A stretch of DNA of 64,000 nucleotides from Candidatus Krumholzibacteriia bacterium (GTDB lineage: Bacteria; Krumholzibacteriota; Krumholzibacteriia; Krumholzibacteriales; Krumholzibacteriaceae), in contig CAWIIQ010000001.1 in the NCBI GenBank assembly GCA_963836185.1, forward strand, positions 2,112,001 through 2,176,000, written 5' to 3'. The notes below the pieces were generated by a model, which searched no databases, was not told the DNA's origin, and was given only the letters and a program-made list of their open reading frames with translations. Each line of letters opens with the position of its first letter. Within the stretch, counting starts at the first letter, position 1. Below are positions 32,862 through 41,935 of this stretch, in pieces. A program made the translations under genes and the position numbers.

Positions 32862-35331
32862 CTATACCTTTCTTCCCGCGAAGACTGCCGGGATCACCGC
32901 TATCGCGACGGCAAATACGAACGATACGACCGACAGGATCAAGGATCTTTTTATGACCGGGGACCTGTACTCGAATACTATCTCGTGATCCCCCGCCTCC
33001 AGCGGCAGGGCTCGCAGACAGTAGTTCGCTGTCAGGATCTCCCTCTCTTCCTCCACCGACCGTGGCTGTCCAGTCGGGATAGTCTATCTCGCTGAGCACC
33101 ATTATGCACGGTTTCTCGATATGTGCCCTTACAGTCATAGAATTCAGTCCGTAAGAGACGATCTCCGCCCCGCTTCCCTCGGCCGACTCTACGGCGACCT
33201 GAGGTTCCTTTTCCAGCAGGGTCACGGAGGCGGGATCGAAATCCTGGCTGCTTATCGCCGCCAGGGCATCTCCATGATCTACAACACGGAAGCTGCCCGT
33301 CATGTATACCCTCGGCAGGACATACGGATTCTCATAGATATAGCTCTGCTCCCTCTCGAATACGAGGCGGAATGGTGAATCTTCGCGGAATACGGGGAAC
33401 AGGGAATGGAAATATTTCGCGTTGAGCATGTTGAGGACCGGCAGGGGCATGCCGCCTCTGTTGAAGACGCCGAACATGGCGTCCATCACGTCCTGGTAGT
33501 TTTTCATCTTGGCGGCATGATAACCGCCCATCGAGAAGATACCGGACATCATGTAGCTGTTGTCGCTGAAGGGGAAGACGTTGTGGCTCCAGTTTCCAGG
33601 CCTGGAGGCGGGAACGGGGAATACCCTGAAATATCCTTCCCTTCCTGAAAGGTACCTTGCCGTTTCGGTCGGGGTCGCCAGCCCCTCTTTCATCGAGTGT
33701 GGATTGATCAGCCTGTAGTTCGACGATCTCCAGGTTTTCTCCGGCCTGACGATAGAATGGTCGATCGTCATCAGGTCGGCGACAGCGATCAGGGCGATCG
33801 CCGCGATCACCATTCCGGGCCTGATCCGCCGGCTCGCGGCAAGGAAGACCGCCCCCACCGTGAGCAGGAGAAAGAACCATGTCCGGACAAGGTCACTCGA
33901 AAATCTGCCGGCGGCAAAAGCCGTCCATTGACCCTTGACTCTCGCCGCTACGGCCGGATCCGCCTCGATGGCCGAGCGTATTGAGCCTCCGGCGACCAGT
34001 ACCAGAACCAGAACGGCCGCGCATACTATCACTGCCCATTTCAGCCTGCCTGCCTCAAGTATTGCGGGAAGAGAGCCCTCTTCAGATCTGCGCATGAGTT
34101 CTTCGATCCCGAGAGCGGCGAGGATGACAAGTACAAGCTGCTGGACGATCAGGATCATCACGGGTACGCGGAACTTGTCGAACCACGGCAGGAACCTGAA
34201 CAACGGATCGTAAAGAATGGTGAAATGCTTTCCAAAACTTATCAGTGTGGCAAGAACGGCAGCGGTAAGGAGGAACCACTTAACCCTTCCCTTTACAAAG
34301 ACGGCTCCGATGAACGCGAACAGCGCCGTCACCTGCCCGAGATAGTTGGGATAATCGGTGAAGGGCATGGAGCCCCAGTAGGTCGCCTTACCAAATCCGG
34401 AGGACCACGGCAGGAAGAAGGTCATCATCTCCTTCGGGGAGAGGGACCATCCTGTCGCGAAGTCGTAGTCGAGTCCGCCGCCGCTTCCGCCTCGTATCGA
34501 CCACTCGGCATAGTCGCGCACCGGAAAGACGAGCACGGCGGCTATTCCCACGGCCAGGGCCAGCGATGCGGCGAGCAGCCCGGTCCCGGCGAGCGCTGCC
34601 CTGCCCTTGCCCTCCCTGAAGAGTCCTGCTGCCTCGAATATGAACATCAGCCCGATAAGCAGGAAGGTGTAGTACGAGATCTGCAGATGGCCCCTCAGCA
34701 TCTGCATCCCGAGAACGATGGCAAGGAGCGCGGCGGAGCTGATCCTGTTCTTTCCATCGAGTGTGCCCCGCGTAAACAGCAGGGCCAGAGGCATCCACGC
34801 GATCGCTATCGCCTTCGAACCGTGGCCGTTAGCGCCGGCAGCCAGGTAGTTAGGCATGAGCATGAAGATCACTCCGGCGAGCAGCGAGATTGATGGACGT
34901 ATCCCGAACGACCTGGCCAGCATATACATGCCGGCGCCGGCAAGGAGATAGTGAAGAAGAAGCCACGTCATGGCGGGAAATCCGGCATATTTGTAGAGCA
35001 TGCTCGTTATGAACGATACGGGATATGCGTACGGGGTATAGGCCAGGCTGGAAAAGCTCGGCATCCCGCAGAAGAGATAGGGATTCCAGAGCGGGTATGT
35101 CCCGGATTCGAGGCTCGTCCTGCCGACCGTCCTGAAGCTCATCGGAGCCTTCGTATCGGGAGCGATGAAGACGTTGTCGAGAAAGATCAGTTCGGGCACA
35201 AGGATAGCCAGCACGGCCACAAGGATCACGGCTGCCGCGATACCCCTTTTCCACCCCTTCATGGAATCGAAGCTGCCGACGGGATCGAACGCTTCACGGA
35301 CCGGCCCGGCCGGCTTGCTCTTTCCTGCCAA
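32862..35331 (-). CDS. YfhO-family GT-C membrane protein (frameshift near 33055)
   Basis: PLWNPYLFCGMP, GHLQISYY, SIRG...LDYDFATGWS, YWGSMPFT..PNYLG, DKFRVP, GGYHAAK; the C-terminus ANYCLRAL...GDHEIVFEY lies in ORF 32862..33056. Confidence 0.88.
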
Positions 35332-35372
35332 TAAACTCTCCTCTATCGATACAGGGGCATGCTACCTTACTG

Positions 35373-35401
35373 ATTGTATCACTTTCACATCGGACGGTAA
35401 A
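35373..35401 (-). promoter_or_regulatory. Putative internal sigma70 promoter for the yfhO-like gene and downstream genes
   Basis: TTTACC, 17 nt, TACAAT with a TG extended -10, in an AT-richer intergenic gap. Confidence 0.55.
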
Positions 35402-35404
35402 TGA

Positions 35405-36286
35405 TCAAAATCTCATACCTCTTACAGCCCCCCTCACCGCCGCGGAGAGCAGTTTCCACCTCCCCGTCAGGAAAAGCCCCAGCATCAACCCGATAAACCC
35501 AGCCGCATGGACCGGAAAGAGAAGCGCCCGCCACCAGAAAGGCCTGTGCCTGCTGAAAAGCTTCGATGTGCTCGCTATCCTGTTCTCGAGCTTGAAGGGC
35601 GTCATCCCGCCTCCACTGCTCGAACTGACCTTGTGCCAGACTTTTGCCGCTGGGACATATCGCATCGACCAGCCCTCCCGGGCCGCCCGCAGGCAGAGAT
35701 CGACGTCCTCACAGTATATCCTGTACGACGGGTCGAGGGTCCCTGCCTGTTCAAAGACCTCCCGCCTCGCCATCAGGGCGCATCCGGTGACCCATCCGGT
35801 CGTACCCGGCTTATCGGCACAGCGGCCGTCCATCCTGCGGAGACCGTAGTGAAATGGTACCCCGGTGAGCCTGTTGAATCCGCCCCCCCCGTACCAGATC
35901 CTTTCAGGGTCGTCGTAGTAGAATATCTTCGGTCCCGCTATCCCCACAGCGGGGTCGTCGAACGCGGCCAGCATCTCAGCGGCGAAGGAAGGGTCTACTT
36001 CAGTATCGTTGTTGAGCAGAAGTATGAACTCCGCTCCCTTTTTCAGGACCTCCTCTATACCCACGTTGTTCCCTGCCGCGAAAAGGAGGTTCTCTCCGTT
36101 CTCGATCAGTTCCACACCGGGGAAATCTTTCCTTACTATCTCCTGTGAGGAATCTGTCGAGCCGTTGTCTACGACTGTTATCTCGAGCGGAGGATCAGTG
36201 ACGCGCATCAGGGAATCGAGGCAGGGGCCCAGGACTTCCCTCCCGTTCCAGTTGAGGATTATGACGAAGACTCTGCGCCTGTCCAT
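35405..36286 (-). CDS. GT2-family glycosyltransferase
   Basis: IILNWNG, VVDNGSTD, LLLNNDT, TGCALM, YCEDVDL, WHKVSSS. Confidence 0.92.
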   Translation of the reverse strand: MDRRRVFVIILNWNGREVLGPCLDSLMRVTDPPLEITVVDNGSTDSSQEIVRKDFPGVELIENGENLLFAAGNNVGIEEVLKKGAEFILLLNNDTEVDPSFAAEMLAAFDDPAVGIAGPKIFYYDDPERIWYGGGGFNRLTGVPFHYGLRRMDGRCADKPGTTGWVTGCALMARREVFEQAGTLDPSYRIYCEDVDLCLRAAREGWSMRYVPAAKVWHKVSSSSGGGMTPFKLENRIASTSKLFSRHRPFWWRALLFPVHAAGFIGLMLGLFLTGRWKLLSAAVRGAVRGMRF

Positions 36287-36287
36287 C

Positions 36288-37457
36288 TCAATCACTCCCG
36301 GAAATGTCATAGTAAAGTTCCTCGATGGTTCCGGCCAGCGAAGACCAGGAAAAACGTTTCTTTTCCTCTGCGAAAGCAGGGGCCATCCTGTCCCCCCAGC
36401 CTTCCTCGAAGAACCTGGCTACCGCTTCCGCCATCGCGGCGGGATCGGCGGGCGGCACTATAAACCCGGTCTTGCCTTCCGAGACGACTTCGGGAAGGCC
36501 TCCTACACGGGTCGCTATCATCGGACGGTCGAACGCTACGGCGACCTGGGCTATAGCGCTCTGCGTAGCCGATATGTAGGGAAGCATAACCAGGTCGGCG
36601 GCGTTGAAGTAGGCCGCGACCTCCTCATTCGCAACATACCTGTCTACGAATCCGATGCTGCCGGAGACGCCGAGTCTTTCCACCTGTTCGTGGTAAGGCG
36701 CGCTGTCCTCGTAGAACTCGCCGACGACGAGCAGCCTCGCTCCCGTTCTTTCGACGATCGCGGGCATCGCCTCGATCAGGTGGCTGAGCCCCTTGTACGG
36801 GCGGATCAGACCGAAGAAGAGGAGGAGCGGGCCATCTCCCTCTCCTATCGCCGAGCGGGCTTCGGTCCTTGTCATGTCGCCGCTCCTGAAAAAATCGAAT
36901 ACCGGAAGTGGATGCGATGTCACCTTCGCCTTCTTCCTGATCCTGAGCAGATTGCGCCTGTCTTCCTGTGATTGGACGACGTATGCGTGCGGCGGCAGAA
37001 AGGCCATCGAGGTGAGAGCCCTGTCTATCGGTGAAGTCTCGTGCGGAACCACATTATGGCAGATGAACACTATCTTCGTGGAGCTCAGCATCCTCAGTAT
37101 CGAACATATCTTTACCAGTGCCGGCGCGAAGTATGGATGCCACCACTGCACGATCGTCAGGTCCGGTTTCCACCGGGCGATCCGGAAACCGGTCCTTATC
37201 CACGTAAACGGATTGATCGAGTCTATCGATCTGTCCGACTCGACCTGGTGCGTCGAACCGCTCTCGTCATACTGTGTCTTTCCGGGGAAAAGGAAATCGG
37301 GATAGAGCCTGGAGTAATTTATGACGCTTACATCGTGACTGAGCGCCAGCTCCCGGGCAAGACTTGTATTGTAATGGGATATCCCTCCCCGGAAGGGCCA
37401 TGCCGGCCCGACGAGGCAGATCCTGAGTCTCCGGACTGATTCTTCGCTACTGATCAT
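36288..37457 (-). CDS. GT4-family glycosyltransferase
   Basis: GPAWPFRGGISHY, LYPDFLFPGKTQ, HNVVPHE, FFGLIRPYKG, PYISATQS, VGGLPE. Confidence 0.92.
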   Translation of the reverse strand: MISSEESVRRLRICLVGPAWPFRGGISHYNTSLARELALSHDVSVINYSRLYPDFLFPGKTQYDESGSTHQVESDRSIDSINPFTWIRTGFRIARWKPDLTIVQWWHPYFAPALVKICSILRMLSSTKIVFICHNVVPHETSPIDRALTSMAFLPPHAYVVQSQEDRRNLLRIRKKAKVTSHPLPVFDFFRSGDMTRTEARSAIGEGDGPLLLFFGLIRPYKGLSHLIEAMPAIVERTGARLLVVGEFYEDSAPYHEQVERLGVSGSIGFVDRYVANEEVAAYFNAADLVMLPYISATQSAIAQVAVAFDRPMIATRVGGLPEVVSEGKTGFIVPPADPAAMAEAVARFFEEGWGDRMAPAFAEEKKRFSWSSLAGTIEELYYDISGSD

Positions 37458-38391
37458 CTATCTGGTACTCGCGAAAAGAAAAGGTCCTCTCCAGAGTGGA
37501 TGAGTAGAGCTCGGCCAGCAGCCCGATAGACCCGATCTGTATCGAGATCACGATCATGATCAGGCCGAGGACCATCAACGGCCTTACATGAAGGCCCATC
37601 CCCATGATCCATTGCACCAGGAAATAAAGGCTGATCAGGCCGCCGGCGGTGAAGAAGGCAAACGCGATCCTGCCGAACAGATGGAGCGGCGTCGTGGACC
37701 TGCGTGTGATGAACATCACCGTCATCAGGTCGAACATACCGTTGAGAAGCCTCTTTGCCCCGTACTTGCTCCTGCCGTACTGGCGTTCGAAATGAGAGAC
37801 CTTCATCTCCCCGATCCTGAAACCTTCCCATCCGGCCAGCACCGGTATGAACCTGTGGAGCTCGCCGTATATATGGATCCTTTTGACTACATCCCTGCGA
37901 TATACCTTGAGGCCGCAGTTGAAATCGTGGAGCTTTATCCCGCTCGCGACAGACGTGGTGAAGTTGAAAAGTTTCGAGGGCCAGGTCTTTGTGATCGGGT
38001 CCTTCCTGTCCCGTTTCCAGCCAGAGATCAAGTCGTACCCCTCGTCGAGCTTAGCGATCATCGCCGGGATCTCGTCGGGATTGTCCTGGAGATCCGCATC
38101 GATGGTAACGACGATCTCTCCCTTCGACGCCTTGAATCCCTCATCGAGCGCGGGTGATTTGCCGTAATTCCTCGAGAAGCTTATGATCTTGACCCGCCTG
38201 TCGCCGCTTCTGAGCTTCCTTATGATATCGAGCGATGAATCGGTGGAGCCGTCATCTACGAAAAGAAGCTCGTGAGCGGAAGCCGTCCTCTCCAGCATCG
38301 AGGTAAGCCGGGTGTAAAGCTCTTCGAGGCTCCTCTCCTCGTTGTAGGTTGGGATTATTACTGTCACACTGTATTTTTTAGCGCTTTCCAA
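37447..38391 (-). CDS. ArnC/GtrB-like polyprenyl-phosphate glycosyltransferase (GT2 with two C-terminal TMs)
   Basis: PTYNEE, VDDGSTD, RNYGKS, DADLQDNP, HDFNCGLK, YGELHRFIP, PLHLFG and two TM helices. Confidence 0.92.
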   Translation of the reverse strand: MESAKKYSVTVIIPTYNEERSLEELYTRLTSMLERTASAHELLFVDDGSTDSSLDIIRKLRSGDRRVKIISFSRNYGKSPALDEGFKASKGEIVVTIDADLQDNPDEIPAMIAKLDEGYDLISGWKRDRKDPITKTWPSKLFNFTTSVASGIKLHDFNCGLKVYRRDVVKRIHIYGELHRFIPVLAGWEGFRIGEMKVSHFERQYGRSKYGAKRLLNGMFDLMTVMFITRRSTTPLHLFGRIAFAFFTAGGLISLYFLVQWIMGMGLHVRPLMVLGLIMIVISIQIGSIGLLAELYSSTLERTFSFREYQIDDQ

Positions 38392-38413
38392 GATCTACCT
38401 CCGGAATTCCGCT

Positions 38414-39355
38414 TCAGGAATGGTTCCTGTACCATTCGATCTCGCGCACGAGTCCCTCCTCCAGGCCGATCGTCGGCGCGAATCCGAGCTCCGCCGCCGC
38501 TTTCGAGGTATCGGCCCAGGTATCGGCGACATCTCCTCTTGCCTTTTCCATGAAACGGACCGGCGGATCGCCGCCCGTCTCCCGGCTGATTATCTCGATC
38601 ACATCGAGGACCGAGCTCCTGCTTCCCCCGCCGATATTGAATATCTTTTCTTCTCCCCCGTAACTGGAGGCGCGCATATTCGCCTCGACCGCGTCGAGCA
38701 CGAATGTGAAATCCCTCGTCTGTTTTCCATCGCCGTACACTTCTATCTCGCCATCGCCGAGGGCTGCGGTTATGAACCTGCTGAACGCCATGTCGGGCCT
38801 CTGCCTCGGCCCGTATACGGTAAAATACCTCAGCGCCACATATCGCACCCCGAAGTTTACACGGTAGAGCTCACACAGATGCTCGGCCGACAGCTTGGTC
38901 GCGCCGTAAGGCGAGACGGGGCTCGTGACATGATCTTCCCGCATCGGGAGGTCCCTGGTGTCCCCGTATACCGAACTGGAGCTCGAGTATATGATGGGGA
39001 TCCCCGTACCTTTCATCGACTCGAGGAGTCTCTGCGTCGCGAGTATGTTCGAATCGATGTAGTGCGAGAACTCCTCGCCCCAGCTCCTTCTCACGCCGGC
39101 CTGTGCGGCCAGGTGAAAGACGCACGAAGCGCCGTCGAGATGAGAAGCGAGGCTGCAGCTGTTGAGGTCCTCCTCGACAAGAGTGAATTCTTTCGATCCG
39201 GACAGGCCGGAGATGTTTTCCCTCTTTCTGCGGGGATCGTAGTAATCCGTAAAACTGTCGATACCGGTGACCGACCATCCATCGGAGACAAGTCTCTCGC
39301 AGAGATGCGATCCTATGAATCCCGCCGCTCCCGTTACCAGGGCCTTTTGACTCAA
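38414..39355 (-). CDS. NAD-dependent nucleotide-sugar epimerase (UDP-glucuronate/UDP-glucose 4-epimerase-like)
   Basis: VTGAAGFIGS, HLAAQAGVR, SSSSVYG, YGATK, RYFTVYGPRQRPDMA. Confidence 0.93.
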   Translation of the reverse strand: MSQKALVTGAAGFIGSHLCERLVSDGWSVTGIDSFTDYYDPRRKRENISGLSGSKEFTLVEEDLNSCSLASHLDGASCVFHLAAQAGVRRSWGEEFSHYIDSNILATQRLLESMKGTGIPIIYSSSSSVYGDTRDLPMREDHVTSPVSPYGATKLSAEHLCELYRVNFGVRYVALRYFTVYGPRQRPDMAFSRFITAALGDGEIEVYGDGKQTRDFTFVLDAVEANMRASSYGGEEKIFNIGGGSRSSVLDVIEIISRETGGDPPVRFMEKARGDVADTWADTSKAAAELGFAPTIGLEEGLVREIEWYRNHS

Positions 39356-41856
39356 TTTGCCTCCCCCGACGAATCCGGTGCCGTCGATCCGCCATTCCCG
39401 AATTCCGTATCAAGTACATGGTCGATGTTGTCGTACAACTGCCTGAATTCCTTGTCGCCCGGATGACCGTCGAGCCAGCTGCGGACGAATTTCTTCGCCA
39501 GTTCTCTCCTGCCGAAGGTCGCCGCTATCCTGAAACCGTGCCCGAACAGGTCCCTGTGATCAGGAGCGGCTGCGATTGCCCTTTCGAGGACCTCGAGTGC
39601 TCTCTCCGAGTCTCCTCTATCCTCATAGATACTCGCCAGGCCCATCCAGAAATCGCCGTTCGAGGGTTCCCGCTCGACCTCCCTCATATAGTGTCCGACA
39701 GCCTTGTCGATCTGTCCGGCACGGCTGTAGTAGAGGCCGAGGTATTTTCTCGGAAAATCGAAATCGGGATTGAGGCTGTACGACAGCTCGGCCCATCTCA
39801 CCGCCTCGACATAATCTTTCCTCATCGAGGCCTTCTGTGCGAGCTGGAAAGCGGCGACCGCGAAATTGATGAACATCCCGCGGGTATCGGCCGCCCTGTA
39901 GATCGAATCGTCGACATGCCACTCGCTGTCGAGCACCCCGCGAAACTCGTAGATATCCTCAAAATTCCGTTTCATCTGGAACTCGTTCATCTGGTACTTC
40001 TTTTTTATCGATACAAACTTGCGGACCATCCCCTGCATCTCGAGGTACTCGCTGTACGGTTCCCATATTTCAGGCGGGACCGTCACGGCTACATATATCG
40101 GCCGCTTCCAGCTGTTCTCCTGAATGATGTGCTGCATGACCAGGTCCCGTCTCCAGGCTACTTTTCCATTCTTGAGTACGACGGAGCGCAGCCTCTCTAT
40201 CTCTATATCGCTGTAAGATATCGGCACGGGAGGCTTGCGGTCGCGAAGCTGCCTGATATACCAGCTCGTATTGAGCAGCGACAGGTTGGCGATATTGACG
40301 TCGGGCCTGAACCCCTCGACCATCTGGATATACCACAGCGGGTATGTGTCGTTGTCCCCGTTGGTGAATATGACAGCGTCCGGTTCGAGCCCGGCCAGGA
40401 TATTGTAGGCGTAATCCCTCGGAACATAGTCCTGTGAACGGTCGTGGCTGAACCACTGGTACCTCGCCGGCAGGATCGAGACGATCACCAGAACGGCCGC
40501 CACCGCGGCTGCCCACTTGAGCGCGTCCTTCGACTTCGCCCTGACCTCTTCTATCACGAGCATGACCAGCGATGTCGCCCCTATCCCGATGAATATCGAG
40601 AAGTAGTAGAATGCGGCGCCGTAAAAATAGTCACGCTCGCGGACCTCGCTGTCGCTGAAGTTGAGGAATATGATCAGCCCGGCGGAGTTGAGCAGCAGAA
40701 CGGTGAAGTTCAGGACCCACGTCTTCTTCTCTCTCAGAAAGTTCGCCACGATACCCCATATCCCCAGCGTCAGGGGAACGATCACGCTCGCCACTCCGAC
40801 GTTGAAGAAACCGAGGCGCACATCGCCGAAGAGCCTGAACTGATCTGTAAAGTAGTTCCAGAAGTGCTGTATCTGGAAGAGCGGGGATGCCTTTCTCGCG
40901 AATATGTTGATCGGCGGGTACTGCTCCCTGCGAAGGTGAGCGTACATCGCGTCCCAGTTCTGAGGGTCGACCATGTCGATCGCGGGGTCGTGAAAAGACC
41001 GTATGAACATGAAGAGATGAACGGAGATGCCGAGGATAAAGAGAAGCGCCGCGTACAGCGCGAACCTGCCCTTCGACATCGTCGTCCACACCAGAAGCAC
41101 CCCGAATATCGCGAACCCCACCAGGGTCAGGGTCGTATTACGGTGAAGCGTCATGTCTGCGAGGATCACCGCCATCCCGAACGTGATGACAAGAAGCTCG
41201 AAATTGCTGAACGACTTCCTGTTTACCATCAGGATCATCAGGAAGATCCCGCCGTAGACCAGTATCGTCCCCAGATGAAAACCTATCCCCAGAGAAAGCA
41301 GGTAGATGATCAGAAGGATCAGCCCGCTTGAAGTCCCATCCTCGGTAGTTCCGCTGCCGTCATCGGGATGCTTACTCAGCCACCTGAGTGCGAGAAGGGT
41401 GCAGAGCCCCATGACAAACGCACTGAGAGCATAGACCTCCGCCTCGATCGCATCCGTCCAGTAAGTGTCGCTGAATGTCAGGAAAAAAGCGCCGACGATG
41501 CCGCCGGCGTGGGTGGCGATCTTCGCCGCCGCAGTCTTCGCCGCACCGAACATCTGTCGGGCGACCCCGACGATGATCAGGTAGACCATCGTGACCCCGA
41601 GCGCCGCCGTAAATGCCGAGAGAAGATTGACCCTCTGCGCCACGGACAGGGCCACGGGCAGCATCGCGAAGACCCGCCCCACGAGGACGTACATCGGCGT
41701 GCCCGGGGAATGGGGTATCCCGAGGATATATGAGACGGCGATGAACTCGCCGGCGTCCCAGAAAGAGACGGTGGCCGCCATCGTCATGATGTAGACGACA
41801 AGGCTCGTTAGGAATATCACTGCCGCCAGAAGGCGGTGTACGGCGTTATCTGACAT
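39352..41856 (-). CDS. DUF2723/TMEM260-like GT-C protein with C-terminal TPRs, copy A
   Basis: TVSFWDAGEFIA...LGIPHSPGTPMY, EAEVYA, LRREQY, RERDYFY, FTNGDNDTYPLWY, followed by TPR-like helices. Probable ATG at 41856 (the ORF track extends to a TTG at 41874). Confidence 0.88.
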   Translation of the reverse strand: MSDNAVHRLLAAVIFLTSLVVYIMTMAATVSFWDAGEFIAVSYILGIPHSPGTPMYVLVGRVFAMLPVALSVAQRVNLLSAFTAALGVTMVYLIIVGVARQMFGAAKTAAAKIATHAGGIVGAFFLTFSDTYWTDAIEAEVYALSAFVMGLCTLLALRWLSKHPDDGSGTTEDGTSSGLILLIIYLLSLGIGFHLGTILVYGGIFLMILMVNRKSFSNFELLVITFGMAVILADMTLHRNTTLTLVGFAIFGVLLVWTTMSKGRFALYAALLFILGISVHLFMFIRSFHDPAIDMVDPQNWDAMYAHLRREQYPPINIFARKASPLFQIQHFWNYFTDQFRLFGDVRLGFFNVGVASVIVPLTLGIWGIVANFLREKKTWVLNFTVLLLNSAGLIIFLNFSDSEVRERDYFYGAAFYYFSIFIGIGATSLVMLVIEEVRAKSKDALKWAAAVAAVLVIVSILPARYQWFSHDRSQDYVPRDYAYNILAGLEPDAVIFTNGDNDTYPLWYIQMVEGFRPDVNIANLSLLNTSWYIRQLRDRKPPVPISYSDIEIERLRSVVLKNGKVAWRRDLVMQHIIQENSWKRPIYVAVTVPPEIWEPYSEYLEMQGMVRKFVSIKKKYQMNEFQMKRNFEDIYEFRGVLDSEWHVDDSIYRAADTRGMFINFAVAAFQLAQKASMRKDYVEAVRWAELSYSLNPDFDFPRKYLGLYYSRAGQIDKAVGHYMREVEREPSNGDFWMGLASIYEDRGDSERALEVLERAIAAAPDHRDLFGHGFRIAATFGRRELAKKFVRSWLDGHPGDKEFRQLYDNIDHVLDTEFGNGGSTAPDSSGEAN
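40283..41318. repeat. Direct repeat, ~1.04 kb, copy 1 (matches 42863..43898)
   Basis: Line-by-line comparison at offset 2580 showed no mismatches by eye. Confidence 0.93.
41384..41826. repeat. Direct repeat, ~0.44 kb, copy 1 (matches 43976..44418)
   Basis: Offset 2592; about five substitutions seen, clustered at 41555-41596. Confidence 0.9.
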
Positions 41857-41906
41857 CGCATGATCCAGTCGCAACAGGCTTATACTCTCTCTAACCTGAT
41901 AAATCT

Positions 41907-41935
41907 ATTATAATTCCACGGAGTTTGGAAGTCAT
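41907..41935 (-). promoter_or_regulatory. Putative internal promoter for DUF2723 copy A
   Basis: ATGACT, 17 nt, TATAAT in the AT-rich gap between the paralogues; the spacer contains a TTCCA...TGGAA inverted repeat. Confidence 0.55.
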
